64,000 nucleotides of DNA from Candidatus Latescibacterota bacterium (GTDB lineage Bacteria > Latescibacterota > UBA2968), in assembly GCA_965207885.1 (NCBI GenBank), contig OZ242311.1, positions 4,672,001 through 4,736,000 on the forward strand. Direction: 5' to 3'. Both the position numbers and the translations under genes were made by a program. Shown here one piece after another: positions 1-10,179 of this stretch (within the stretch, counting starts at the first letter, position 1; each line of letters begins with the position of its first letter). The notes beneath the pieces were generated by a model. That model saw nothing but the letters and a program-made list of their open reading frames with translations, was not told the DNA's origin and did not search any database.

Positions 1-198
1 GGGGGGCTTTCTTACATTAGTAGCTCGGGCCTGCGGGTCATTTTGCTGGTTGCCAAGTCACTCCGGAATCGCAATGCGGAATTCGCGCTTTGCTCGCTTT
101 CTGGTCCCATCGGAGAGGTCTTCAAAATCAGCGGATTTGACAAGATCATTTCGATCTACGACTCACAGGCAGAGGCTTGCGCTGCACTGGGCGGATAA
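1..198 (+). CDS. STAS-domain anti-sigma factor antagonist (RsbV/SpoIIAA-like), 5' truncated by window edge
   Basis: Not in the ORF track. Frame 1 reads GGLSYISSSGLRVILLVAKSLRNRNAEFALCSLSGPIGEVFKISGFDKIISIYDSQAEACAALGG*, with the STAS phospho-acceptor motif YISSSGLR and VFKISGF. Lies upstream of RsbU/RsbW-like genes. Confidence 0.9.
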   Translation, partial: GGLSYISSSGLRVILLVAKSLRNRNAEFALCSLSGPIGEVFKISGFDKIISIYDSQAEACAALGG

Positions 199-664
199 CC
201 TGCTGTCGCGTGTGCTCTCAAGCCATAGATGAGAGTTTGGCGTGTTTTATTTAACATTATTACACGGACCGGACCCGCCATGCTTACTGTGTGCTTCCCT
301 CAATCGGGTTACAGGCGTTCTCGAACTCATACGCCGATCCGATTTCCTGTGTATCTAGTCTATAGATCACTTTCCAGGGTATTTCTCATGCCCTGTATAT
401 CCGCTTTCAAAACCTCCCGAATAACAGCCAACCTTCTGCAATTCAGTAACCGGTGTCGTGCAGTTTGTCATTACACAATGACCGACCTGGCATTTGTCCA
501 TGTATTGTATTCTCCCCGTAGGTCCTCTCCCTTACAACGTAGCAGAGTAAGTAACAGGGACAGGCCCATGAAGCGAGGACTTTTGCTATCGCAATGATTG
601 TGTTCCGATCAAAGAGTGCTTAACATCAGTATAAGTAAGACACCATTAATTAAGAGGCGCGTAT

Positions 665-1834
665 ATGAAAAAGGCGCAATACAAAATACTCGTGGTTGAT
701 GATGAACCCGATCTCGAACATCTCGTGCGGCAGCGCATGCGGCGCGATGTTCGCGCCGGACTCTACGAATTCGTCTTTGCTTACAACGGCGTTGAGGCTC
801 TCGAGGTGCTGAACGCGGATCCGGATATCGATATGGTGCTTTCGGACATTAATATGCCGCGGATGGATGGTCTCACGTTGCTCGAACAGATGTCGGAAGT
901 TGATCCCGACCTCCGCGCTGTCATTGTCTCGGCTTATGGCGATATGAAAAACATCCGTACGGCCATGAATCGAGGGGCGTTTGACTTTGTTACCAAGCCC
1001 ATTGATTTTCAGGATTTGAGGGTCACAATTGAGCGCACTCTGGAACACCTGAAGCTTTGGCGCGAGGCTGTGGCTTCGCGGGATAAGCTGGTGGCACTGC
1101 AAAACGAGCTTCGCGTTGCCCATGATATGCAGCAGTCTATTCTGCCGAAGACCTTTCCCGACAAACCTGGCTACCAGCTATTTGGAAGCATGGAGCCTGC
1201 ACGCCAGGTGGGAGGTGACTTTTTTGATATTATCAATCTGGAAAACGACCGCATCGGCCTGGCAATTGCCGATGTCTCCGACAAGGGCGTACCGGCTGCT
1301 CTATTCATGATGTCCAGTCGCACGTTGATGAAAGGGGCTGCAATTGGCAAATCGAACCCGACCGATGTGCTGACCGAGGTCAATCATCTCCTGCAGGAAG
1401 ACAACGACGCAGCGATGTTTGTCACCGTGTTTTATGCCGAATACAATCCGGTGGATGGGTCGCTATCGTACGCCAATGGGGGGCACAATCCCCCGGTCAT
1501 CGTCCACGCAGATGGCAGCTCGACTGTGCTCCCCCAGACCAACGGAATTGCTCTGGGTATTTTGCCAGACATCGAATACGAACAAAACTCAGTCACTCTA
1601 TCGCCCGGCGATACCCTCGTGCTCTACACAGATGGCATTACCGAAGCCATGAATGCCCAGAATGAGGAGTTTGAGATGGAGCGTTTGCTTACAGTATTGT
1701 CCGGGGCGAGTTCGCAGGATGTCCGCGAAATGAATCAGGCGATCTTTCAAGCTGTGCAGGCATTTGCAGGTGATATGCCCCAGTTCGACGATATGACCTG
1801 TATGACACTTTTTTGCAGAGAGATAGGGACATGA
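665..1834 (+). CDS. Response-regulator receiver fused to PP2C/SpoIIE serine phosphatase (RsbU/RsbY-like)
   Basis: Receiver motifs VVDDE, LSDINMP, TKP; PP2C motifs VGGDFFD, IADVSDKG, LYTDG, DDMT. Confidence 0.93.
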   Translation: MKKAQYKILVVDDEPDLEHLVRQRMRRDVRAGLYEFVFAYNGVEALEVLNADPDIDMVLSDINMPRMDGLTLLEQMSEVDPDLRAVIVSAYGDMKNIRTAMNRGAFDFVTKPIDFQDLRVTIERTLEHLKLWREAVASRDKLVALQNELRVAHDMQQSILPKTFPDKPGYQLFGSMEPARQVGGDFFDIINLENDRIGLAIADVSDKGVPAALFMMSSRTLMKGAAIGKSNPTDVLTEVNHLLQEDNDAAMFVTVFYAEYNPVDGSLSYANGGHNPPVIVHADGSSTVLPQTNGIALGILPDIEYEQNSVTLSPGDTLVLYTDGITEAMNAQNEEFEMERLLTVLSGASSQDVREMNQAIFQAVQAFAGDMPQFDDMTCMTLFCREIGT

Positions 1835-2253
1835 AGGTGAAACGTTCTCTATGTATTGCGTCGGATCTCAGCGAGTTGGAGCGGCTTCACGATGCCGTGG
1901 CAGAACTCAGCGAGGCGGGAGATTGGCCCCCCGATCTCGTGTACCAGGTTGATCTCGTTCTCGAGGAATTGATCGTCAATACTGTGAACTACGGGTACGA
2001 CGACGATGCACGCCACGAGATTGAGGTCACGCTGACCTCGGATGAGGATGTTTTCACCGTTGAGATTATAGACGACGGGCATGCCTTCAATCCACTGAGT
2101 GACGCTCCCGAACCAGACCTGGACGCAGGGATAGAAGATCGGCCGATAGGGGGGCTTGGCATCCATCTGATGCGCGTTATGATGGACGATGTACACTATC
2201 GCCGCGAGGAGAATAAGAATCATCTTACTCTGGTTAAGCGGAGGAATGGATGA
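1831..2253 (+). CDS. Anti-sigma factor/serine kinase (RsbW-like HATPase)
   Basis: LEELIVNTVNYG, IIDDG, GGLGIHLMR; ATGA overlap with the upstream phosphatase gene. Confidence 0.9.
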   Translation: MKVKRSLCIASDLSELERLHDAVAELSEAGDWPPDLVYQVDLVLEELIVNTVNYGYDDDARHEIEVTLTSDEDVFTVEIIDDGHAFNPLSDAPEPDLDAGIEDRPIGGLGIHLMRVMMDDVHYRREENKNHLTLVKRRNG

Positions 2254-3422
2254 GGAGAACGCGCTACAGTTGTGCAGTTTTGCTACTCGTCTTGCTGATT
2301 GTGGAAATCCGCGCAGAAGAATCTGGAATCTCTGATGAGCGCATCCTTTTTGGGCAGTCCGCCGCCTTTAGCGGTCCCGCTCAAGAACTGGGCAAGAACA
2401 TGCGGATTGGAATTGAGGCAGCTTTTCAGGAGGCTAATGCGCGGGGCGGCGTGCATGGTCGGCAGCTCATGTTATTGTCTCTCGATGACGCATACGAACC
2501 CGAAGCTGCTATCGCCAATACCCGTCGCCTGATTGAACAGGAAGGGGTTTTCGCGCTGATTGGTGCTGTCGGCACGCCTACATCGCTCTCTGCCACCCCT
2601 GTGGCCGCAGCCGCTGACGTCCCCTACATCGCCCCCTTTACCGGTGCTGCCTTCCTGCGTGAAGCCAGGTGGCAAAACGTGATTAACCTGCGGGCGTCTT
2701 ATAACCAGGAGACCGAGGCTATGGTCGCTCGCTTGACCACAGACCTGGGTATTAAACGCATTGCCGTTATGTACCAGGATGACTCTTTTGGTCGGGCGGG
2801 TTATCGCGGCGTGCGGCAGGCACTTGAGCGGCGTAGCATGGAACCTGTGGCAATAGGGGTGTACCCGCGCAATACCACGGCGGTGAAGACGGGTCTGCTC
2901 AACCTGCATAGTGCAAACCCCGATGCAGTCATCCTGATAGGGGCCTACCAGCCGGTAGCAACGCTGATTGCCTGGGCGCGACACATAGGGCTGGATCCCG
3001 TATTCATGACCATCTCCTTTGTGGGCAGCAATGCGTTGGCCGGGGAACTCGGTCGCAGTGGTGCTGGGGTCTTTGTCACGCAGGTCGTACCTTTTCCAAC
3101 AGATAACACTCTACCCGTTGGTATTGCCTATCGCCGTGCCCTAACGGCCCACGCCCCCGAAGCGACTCCCGGCTTTGTCTCCTACGAAGGCTATTTGGCG
3201 GGGCGATTGGCTATCGCCGCTCTCGAACGCTGTGGGGGAGAGGTTAACCGCACCCGGTTTCTCAACAGTTTGCGCGGTGCGGATGCTATTGATCTGGACG
3301 GCTTTGAACTTCGCTATGACGCAAATGACAATCAGGGTTCAGACGCTGTTTTTCTCACCGTGATTGGCACAGATGGCAGTTATCGCTCGATCCAAACTCT
3401 GCGGGACGCAATAAAGCCATGA
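2250..3422 (+). CDS. Periplasmic substrate-binding protein, branched-chain amino acid (LivK-like) fold
   Basis: Signal peptide; GQSAAFSGP, GGVHGR, DDAYEP, GAVGTP, LRASY, YQDDSFG motifs; no permease or ATPase next to it. Confidence 0.88.
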   Translation: MRRTRYSCAVLLLVLLIVEIRAEESGISDERILFGQSAAFSGPAQELGKNMRIGIEAAFQEANARGGVHGRQLMLLSLDDAYEPEAAIANTRRLIEQEGVFALIGAVGTPTSLSATPVAAAADVPYIAPFTGAAFLREARWQNVINLRASYNQETEAMVARLTTDLGIKRIAVMYQDDSFGRAGYRGVRQALERRSMEPVAIGVYPRNTTAVKTGLLNLHSANPDAVILIGAYQPVATLIAWARHIGLDPVFMTISFVGSNALAGELGRSGAGVFVTQVVPFPTDNTLPVGIAYRRALTAHAPEATPGFVSYEGYLAGRLAIAALERCGGEVNRTRFLNSLRGADAIDLDGFELRYDANDNQGSDAVFLTVIGTDGSYRSIQTLRDAIKP

Positions 3423-5581
3423 TTGACATAATAAAACACCTGCTTGAAGGCCGCTACCGAATCTCGACGCAACTCTATTTGGGTATTGGCGGTGCTGTTG
3501 TCCTCACTATGGGGGCGAGTCTGGTTGGCTGGTTTTCCTTCAACAGCGTGGGTGACGCGCAAAGTCGCGTGAATGAAGGCAGTGTGCCTGGAATGGCAGC
3601 CGCATTTGGAGTCGCTCAACAAAGCGGTGCCATTGTAGCCGCAGCCCCGCGTCTCATCGCTGCGGCAACGCCGGAGACATTTGATCAGGTTATTGCCGAG
3701 ATCGCCACAGAGCGAAACACTTTTGAAGCGCAGTTGGCGGCTCTGACGCAGCAAGGTGAAGAAGAGGAACGCTTCAGTCGCATTCGCGCCCAGGGTGGTA
3801 CTCTGATCTCAAATATCGAAGAAATTGAATGCTCCATGGCGGAGCTTTTTGTGCTGCAAGCGCGGAGTGAAGCCCTGCGTGCGGAACTCGCCGAATTGCG
3901 CAATGAACTGGTTGGCGTTCTGGTTCCGCTTATTGACGACCAGTTGTTCTATGCTATGACGGGGTATCGCAATCTCGACGAAGCACCCGCGTCGCCTGCA
4001 CAGCACTTATCAAAAAAAGAGTTCGACCACTATCGCCATCTGGCTGCATTACAAGCAGACGCCACCACAGCAATCCAGCTTCTGTCGAGTGCTTTCAATC
4101 TTTCAGATGCGCCCTTGATTGAGCCATTGCGGGAGCGATTTGAGGCTGCTAAAGATAGGATTGAATGGAGTTTGTCGGCACTCGGAATGGCCCGTGCGCG
4201 CAGTCAGATCGCTCCGATATGTGCCCGCCTGTACCAGTTGGGGCTGGGGGAAGAAGGGGGCTTCGACCTGCGTACACGAGAACTCGAACTCGCCGGTCAT
4301 CAGCGGGACCTGCTCGCACGCAATCAGTCTCTTGCCCTCGATCTGGTCGCCGAAGCCGAGGGGCTGGTAAATGCTGCCCGCATAAGTGCGAAGGAAGCTA
4401 CCCACGCTTCCACACTGGCCATCGGCACCGGGCGCAGTCTTCTGTTGGTTTTGAATGTGATCAGCATTACTGGCGCGTTGTTGATCGCCTATTTATTCGT
4501 GGGACGAATGCTATTGCCCCGTCTCGAGCGACTATCCGCACGGATGCGCGGCATGGCTGACGGCGACCTGGAGGGCAAGGTCGATATCGGCGGGAACGAC
4601 GAGGTGGCAGACATGGCCGCAGCCCTTGAAGTCTTTCGCCGCCATGCCCTGGAGGTGCAGCGCCTGAATCTGGTGGAAAAACTGGCAGAAGAGTTGCAAT
4701 CTAAGAACGAAGAACTCGAAAAAGTGCTGGACGACTTGCGTGTGGCGCAGGACCAGATCGTCATGCGCGAGAAATTGGCCTCGCTCGGCGAACTCACTGC
4801 AGGTGTAGCGCACGAGATCAAGAATCCGCTGAATTTTGTGAAGAACTTTTCAGAATCGTCGGAAGAGCTAATGGAGGAATTGGTGGAGGTACTGGACGAA
4901 AGTCCCGGAGCACTGAGCGAGGAGCAGCGCGAATTGGTTGACGAGATATGCCAGGACCTCACCGACAACATGGGGCGCATCCTCCAACACGGCAACCGCG
5001 CTGACCGCATTGTTCACGATATGCTCATGATGGGGCGCGGCTCTGGTGAGAGACAGTCCATTGAAATTAATAATCTGCTCGATGAACACGCCCGCCTTGC
5101 CTATCACAGCGCACGGGCAACTGACGCGGACTTCAACTTGACTATTGAGACGGATTTCGACCCGGATGTGGGACAAATTGAGGCTGTTCCGCAGGATCTG
5201 GGGCGCGTCTTCCTCAACATGGTAGGCAATGCCTGTTACGCTACCGACGAGAAAAGGCGTGCTATTGAAGCAGATGATGGCGGGACTTTTTTCCCGACCC
5301 TGTCGCTGAGCACCAGGCGCATGGATGATCGGATAGAGGTGAGCATACGGGATAACGGGAATGGGATTCCACCCGAGGTTGTCGATAAAATTTTTAATCC
5401 TTTTTTTACCACCAAACCGACAGACAAGGGCACGGGTCTTGGCCTTGCCCTTTCCAACGATATTGTGCGCGAACACGGGGGAAATATCCGGGTTGTATCC
5501 GAACCCGGGGAATTCACCGAGATGATAGTAGAATTGCCTTTGGTGCCGCCCGCGGTGACGACTGAAGAGGTGGCGAGATAG
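3419..5581 (+). CDS. Membrane sensor histidine kinase with a helical periplasmic domain (TorS-like) and HAMP
   Basis: Two TM segments flank a long helical periplasmic region; HAMP (GDL..DEVADMA); H-box AGVAHEIKNPL; N box; DNGNG; FNPFFTTK; GTGLGL. Confidence 0.9.
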   Translation: MIDIIKHLLEGRYRISTQLYLGIGGAVVLTMGASLVGWFSFNSVGDAQSRVNEGSVPGMAAAFGVAQQSGAIVAAAPRLIAAATPETFDQVIAEIATERNTFEAQLAALTQQGEEEERFSRIRAQGGTLISNIEEIECSMAELFVLQARSEALRAELAELRNELVGVLVPLIDDQLFYAMTGYRNLDEAPASPAQHLSKKEFDHYRHLAALQADATTAIQLLSSAFNLSDAPLIEPLRERFEAAKDRIEWSLSALGMARARSQIAPICARLYQLGLGEEGGFDLRTRELELAGHQRDLLARNQSLALDLVAEAEGLVNAARISAKEATHASTLAIGTGRSLLLVLNVISITGALLIAYLFVGRMLLPRLERLSARMRGMADGDLEGKVDIGGNDEVADMAAALEVFRRHALEVQRLNLVEKLAEELQSKNEELEKVLDDLRVAQDQIVMREKLASLGELTAGVAHEIKNPLNFVKNFSESSEELMEELVEVLDESPGALSEEQRELVDEICQDLTDNMGRILQHGNRADRIVHDMLMMGRGSGERQSIEINNLLDEHARLAYHSARATDADFNLTIETDFDPDVGQIEAVPQDLGRVFLNMVGNACYATDEKRRAIEADDGGTFFPTLSLSTRRMDDRIEVSIRDNGNGIPPEVVDKIFNPFFTTKPTDKGTGLGLALSNDIVREHGGNIRVVSEPGEFTEMIVELPLVPPAVTTEEVAR

Positions 5582-5624
5582 AAGGGCGTGGAGGCACTGT
5601 CTCATTACTATGGGAGGAGTAGCT

Positions 5625-7022
5625 ATGCAGACGTTCTTGAAAACCTTTATTTATCACCGGTTCACCAACCGGGTGGGAAAAGCACTCGCGGTGCTCGGTT
5701 TGCTTGCGTGTGCTACAACCGCCGCGCATGCAGCGGTTGACGAGGAAACCCTGTTCGTCTTCAATACTTTTTCATTCCTTATTTGGGGCGCGCTGGTGAT
5801 GTGGATGTGCGCGGGATTTACCATGCTCGAGTCCGGCTCTGTGCGCACGAAGAATGCCTCCATGATCTGCCTGAAGAATATTGGCATCTATTCCATTGCC
5901 GGGCTTGCCTACTATTTCATCGGCTATAATCTCATGTACGTCGATGTGGAGAGTGTGATCGGTTCATTTAAATTCTTATACGGACCATCTGGCGATGAGA
6001 TTGCTCTGCTGGCGGCGGAAAATGATGCTGCAAAGGCGGCCGCAACGGCGGCAGTAGTTAAGAACGGCTATTCCACTATGTCGGACTGGTTTTTCCAGAT
6101 GGTCTTTGTTGCGACCACCGCTTCTATTGTCTCTGGAGCTCTGGCTGAACGAGTCAGGTTGTGGTCCTTTTTCCTTTTTATTCTGGTGATGACAGCGGTT
6201 ATCTATCCCATCGTCGGTGCGTGGACATGGGGCGAGGGATGGCTAAGTGCGATGGGTTTCAAGGATTTTGCTGGATCGACCATCGTGCATAGCACCGGTG
6301 GCTGGGCGGCTCTTGCTGGTGCGATAGTCGTTGGGCCGAGGTTGGGTAAATTCCGCAGCGATGGTACGGTCAAATCCACGCCACCATCCAATATTCTTGT
6401 GGTGACGCTGGGTGTCTTCATCTTGTGGTTAGGCTGGTTTGGCTTCAACGGTGGATCGCAACTGGCATTGGGAAGCGCGCTTGACGCGGTCGCGATGAGT
6501 CATGTACTGGTCAATACCAATCTGGCGGCCGCAGCCGGTGTTATGGCAGCTCTTTTAGTTTCTCGACCGATCCTGGGGCGCATAGATCTGTTTGCAGGGC
6601 TGAATGGCGCAATCGCCGGTCTGGTCTCGATTACTGCTGGCCCCGATATTGTTGCTCATTACTGGTCGGTCATTATTGGTGCTATTGGCGCAGTTGTGTG
6701 TACTGCCGGAATCAAGCTTCTGGAAAAAATCAAGGTGGATGATGTGGTGGGGGCGATACCGGCTCACCTGTTCGCCGGTATCTGGGGCACCATAGCGGTC
6801 TGCATCGCTGGCGGCGGCAACTTAGGCGTGCAATTGATCGGCATCGTAGCGATTGGCGCATTCGTGTTTGTGACCTCGTGGGTTTTGTGGCGCGTGATTG
6901 ATATGATGTTGAGTGCGCGTGTGTCGCGCCAGGTCGAACAATTGGGTCAGGATGTCGGGGAATTGGGAATTGACGCCTATCCCGAATTTGTGCTTATGCC
7001 GGAAGAGGATGATGAGGAATAA
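5625..7022 (+). CDS. amtB: Ammonium transporter (Amt family)
   Basis: GFTMLESG, FFQMVF, SGALAER, DFAGSTIVH, WFGFNGGS, DDVVGAIPAH (both pore His present); RBS GGAGGAG before ATG 5625. Confidence 0.95.
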   Translation: MQTFLKTFIYHRFTNRVGKALAVLGLLACATTAAHAAVDEETLFVFNTFSFLIWGALVMWMCAGFTMLESGSVRTKNASMICLKNIGIYSIAGLAYYFIGYNLMYVDVESVIGSFKFLYGPSGDEIALLAAENDAAKAAATAAVVKNGYSTMSDWFFQMVFVATTASIVSGALAERVRLWSFFLFILVMTAVIYPIVGAWTWGEGWLSAMGFKDFAGSTIVHSTGGWAALAGAIVVGPRLGKFRSDGTVKSTPPSNILVVTLGVFILWLGWFGFNGGSQLALGSALDAVAMSHVLVNTNLAAAAGVMAALLVSRPILGRIDLFAGLNGAIAGLVSITAGPDIVAHYWSVIIGAIGAVVCTAGIKLLEKIKVDDVVGAIPAHLFAGIWGTIAVCIAGGGNLGVQLIGIVAIGAFVFVTSWVLWRVIDMMLSARVSRQVEQLGQDVGELGIDAYPEFVLMPEEDDEE

Positions 7023-7963
7023 GCGCTGGCAAGAATCTTCTGCATATCTTCTGGTGGATGTGCTTCAAACATCATTTCTTCTTGTGTTACGGGATGCACA
7101 AATGTCAATCGAGTCGCGTGGAGCATCTGTCGATTTGTTTGCGCGAGCAGGTGGGTTGCCTCTCTCCGAAACAGAGGGGCAATCCCAGACAGCCGATCCT
7201 CGCGTCCACCGTATAGCGGGTCGCCAAATACAGGACGATTGAGATGCGCGAGGTGCACTCTGATCTGGTGTGTACGACCCGTCTCCAGCGCGAGTGATAG
7301 CAAAGAGAGAAAATCGTAGCGCGCTCTTATTTTCCAGCGCGTTGCTGCATATCTCCCATTCTGAGAAACGGCCATTCGCCTTCGATTTTTTGGATGCCTT
7401 CCAATTGGTGCTTCTATGCGCCCCTCATCCACTTCAAAGCCCCCCCATATCAACGCGAGATAACGCCGCTCCATTGCACGGGCTTCCAACTGGGCAGCCA
7501 ATCCGCGATGCCCTTTATCACTTTTGGCGACGACCATCAGCCCCGATGTGTCTTTGTCCAGCCGATGTACAATACCCGGTCGTAAAACCCCGTTGATACC
7601 CGATAAATGCGTGCAATGTGACAGGAGAGCATTGACGAGTGTTCCCGAGGTCACGCTCCCCGCAGGGTGTACTATCATACCCGCAGGTTTGTCGAGTACC
7701 AGCACATGATCATCTTCAAAAAAAATATCCAGAGGTATATCCTCTGGATTAATTGTACTATCTATTGGAGGGGGTATATCTATTGTGATGCTATCGCCAA
7801 CCACCAGCCGATAGCTCGACCGCGTCGTCTTTCCATTGATGCATACAGCACCCTCGACAATCAATTTTTGAAGGCGTGAACGCGAAAATTCTGGGCGTTG
7901 GTCGGTCAAATAGCGGTCCAGACGCTGGCCTTCATGTTGGGGCAGAATTTTTAGATGAATCAC
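6977..7963 (-). CDS. rluD: RluA-family 23S rRNA pseudouridine synthase with S4 domain
   Basis: RLDRYL S4 domain, GIVHRLDKDTSG, LETGRTHQIRVH, GDPLYG; start uncertain (GTG 7963 chosen). Confidence 0.92.
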   Translation of the reverse strand: MIHLKILPQHEGQRLDRYLTDQRPEFSRSRLQKLIVEGAVCINGKTTRSSYRLVVGDSITIDIPPPIDSTINPEDIPLDIFFEDDHVLVLDKPAGMIVHPAGSVTSGTLVNALLSHCTHLSGINGVLRPGIVHRLDKDTSGLMVVAKSDKGHRGLAAQLEARAMERRYLALIWGGFEVDEGRIEAPIGRHPKNRRRMAVSQNGRYAATRWKIRARYDFLSLLSLALETGRTHQIRVHLAHLNRPVFGDPLYGGREDRLSGIAPLFRREATHLLAQTNRQMLHATRLTFVHPVTQEEMMFEAHPPEDMQKILASAYSSSSSSGISTNSG

Positions 7964-8429
7964 GGTTGTACACCGTCTTACGGTGTTTAGATGTGATGCC
8001 AAAAGCAAAAATTAAAAGGGCGGTTCCCACACTGACGCAGGTATCCGCGAGGTTAAAAACCCACCACCGCGCAGTTCCAATGCCAAAATCGAGAAAATCA
8101 ATTACGACGCCAAATCGCACGCGGTCGATGATATTGCCAATTGCACCTCCCAGTACCAGAGTCAAACCAATGGCTGCGAGACGGTCTTCTGGAGAGATCC
8201 GCCACAGTAACCCACCAACCACTATGAGTGCCACACAAGCCAGTAACAGGTGCAGGTATGGGTTGCCCAATCGGATGCCGAATACTGCACCCGGATTGTG
8301 AATGTAGGTCAGCTTAAAAAAAGATCCCAATACCGGTACAGATTCTCCCAAGGTCATGGTTTGCAACACCCACCATTTGGTGAATTGATCCAGCATCAGT
8401 GCCACGCCTGTAATCCACAAAAATCTCAC
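7932..8429 (-). CDS. lspA: Lipoprotein signal peptidase II
   Basis: LDQFTK, NPGAVFG, GAIGNIIDR, VIDFLD, FNLAD. Confidence 0.96.
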   Translation of the reverse strand: MRFLWITGVALMLDQFTKWWVLQTMTLGESVPVLGSFFKLTYIHNPGAVFGIRLGNPYLHLLLACVALIVVGGLLWRISPEDRLAAIGLTLVLGGAIGNIIDRVRFGVVIDFLDFGIGTARWWVFNLADTCVSVGTALLIFAFGITSKHRKTVYNRDSSKNSAPT

Positions 8430-8438
8430 AAGTACACC

Positions 8439-8810
8439 TCATGCCGATTTGTTTTGTTTTTCTTTACAAGGAACGCAAACTTCCGTGGTCGGCACCGCTT
8501 CCAGTCTTTCTCTTGGGATGGGATCTTTACACGCTCGACACACGCCAAATTCGCGTTTTTTGATGCGCGCTAAAGCGGCTTCAATTTGGTCCAGATAAGC
8601 ACCGTCGCGTGCTGCAAATAGAAAAGCCTTTTCGCGTTCCATGGTCGAATTGCCCAAATCGGGCATGTGATCTGAATACGTCAGGTCGCCCGACGATTCT
8701 GCCGAGGTGATCTGCATGGAATGGCTCTGCAAAGTGCCCAGGTCTTTAACGATAGAGGTGCGTTTGGTCTCTAAAAGATTTCTGAAATACTCCAGATCAC
8801 GGTTTGTCAT
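8439..8810 (-). CDS. TraR/DksA-family C4 zinc-finger regulator
   Basis: Coiled coil, then ALARI..FGVCRAC..IPRERLEAVP..CVPC. Confidence 0.9.
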   Translation of the reverse strand: MTNRDLEYFRNLLETKRTSIVKDLGTLQSHSMQITSAESSGDLTYSDHMPDLGNSTMEREKAFLFAARDGAYLDQIEAALARIKKREFGVCRACKDPIPRERLEAVPTTEVCVPCKEKQNKSA

Positions 8811-8811
8811 T

Positions 8812-9276
8812 TTAATCCTTTCTATCCACAGCTTCCCGAATTTGACGCGCGTTTTCTTCGATTAGCGCGCGTTGTTCCGGCCAGAAAAACACAGGGAGTG
8901 GATCGAGTGGCACCCAGGACATGCTTTCGTGGTGCGTTGTGTCGGTTGGCACGGCATCAATCTGCTCGGTCGAATACAAAAAATAATGTGTTATTTTCCA
9001 CTCTTTCTTGTGGAAATCAAGTCGTTCTTTTGTACCGAGTTTTTCCACGAGTTGCAGTTTTGATACCCCAACTTCTTCTTCGATCTCTCGTCGGGCAGCA
9101 CATTCGATTTTCTCGCCCGCTTCAATGTGTCCTTTGGGCAACACATAGTCGGTGTGCCCTCTTTCGCTGGCCAGAGCCAGCAATATCTGATGGCCATCCC
9201 AACGCACCACCACACCGCCCGCAGCGTGACGTTCTCGCAACCCTTTGGGGCGTTTGTACCAGCTATCGTCGATCAT
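8812..9276 (-). CDS. NUDIX hydrolase
   Basis: Nudix box PKGHIEAGEKIECAARREIEEEVG. Confidence 0.92.
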   Translation of the reverse strand: MIDDSWYKRPKGLRERHAAGGVVVRWDGHQILLALASERGHTDYVLPKGHIEAGEKIECAARREIEEEVGVSKLQLVEKLGTKERLDFHKKEWKITHYFLYSTEQIDAVPTDTTHHESMSWVPLDPLPVFFWPEQRALIEENARQIREAVDRKD

Positions 9277-9303
9277 AAAAGTTATCAGTGGCTCGCGTCT
9301 TCC

Positions 9304-10179
9304 TCACGCCCAGTACTTGTCGTATAAAAGACTGAGACGTTCTTTTGCCGCGCTGGAAATAGCATCTGGCGATGTAATAATCGCAAATTGTGCGGCATTG
9401 AGACAATCGCAATCCGATGTTCTGGGCAACTGTGCAGCCAATGTGCATACAATTTGATTTGCGTGTTCGGCATTGGCTTTTAACACAGCGACCACAGCTT
9501 CGACCGACACATCTTCTTCGGCTTCATGCCAGCAATCGTAATCGGTGCCAGTAGCCAGCATCGCATAACACATTTCGGCCTCGCGCGCGAGCTTGGCTTC
9601 GGGCAAAGCCGTCATCCCGATCACGGTCGCATTGACTTCTCGGCGGTAAAAATGGGACTCTGCGCGCGTGGAGAACTGCGGTCCCTCCATACAGATATAC
9701 GTTCCGCCATCGTGGGTGGTCACTCCGGAATTTTTTGCAGCAACCAACAGCAAATCGCGCAATTCGCCGCAAAAAGGATCGGCAAAAGCCACATGTCCGG
9801 CGATGCCCCCGCCAAAAAATGTGCTTGCACGGATGCCGCGGGTGCGATCAAAAATTTGATCGGGCACTACCATATCACCCGGTTTTATGGTTCCCTGCAT
9901 AATTCCCACAGCACTTATCGCCAACAGATGCGTCACGCCCATCTGTTTCATGGCATATACATTGGCGCGATAGGGCACTTCAGAAGGCAACAGCACATGC
10001 CCGCGTCCATGACGGGGCAAAAAATATACCGATTGGTCGCTTATACGCGTTTCGACAACTGCATCTGAGGGCGCGCCAAAAGGTGTGGCAAGGCGATGTT
10101 CGGCTACGATTTCCACACCTTCCATGTGATAAACACCAGATCCGCCCATAACACCCAGTCGAACAATCTGTTCAGGCAT
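9304..10179 (-). CDS. mtaP: S-methyl-5'-thioadenosine phosphorylase
   Basis: GVMGGSG, FLPRHG, EGPQFSTRAES, IGMT..PEAKLAREAE, TDYDCW. Confidence 0.93.
   Translation of the reverse strand: MPEQIVRLGVMGGSGVYHMEGVEIVAEHRLATPFGAPSDAVVETRISDQSVYFLPRHGRGHVLLPSEVPYRANVYAMKQMGVTHLLAISAVGIMQGTIKPGDMVVPDQIFDRTRGIRASTFFGGGIAGHVAFADPFCGELRDLLLVAAKNSGVTTHDGGTYICMEGPQFSTRAESHFYRREVNATVIGMTALPEAKLAREAEMCYAMLATGTDYDCWHEAEEDVSVEAVVAVLKANAEHANQIVCTLAAQLPRTSDCDCLNAAQFAIITSPDAISSAAKERLSLLYDKYWA

Noticed and set aside
229-597. 122-aa ORF in the STAS-phosphatase gap
   Set aside because: No recognisable motif or RBS and atypical composition; probably non-coding
6977-7022. 46-nt convergent overlap of the amtB and rluD 3' ends
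   Set aside because: Short tail-to-tail overlaps are common and encode only low-complexity tails
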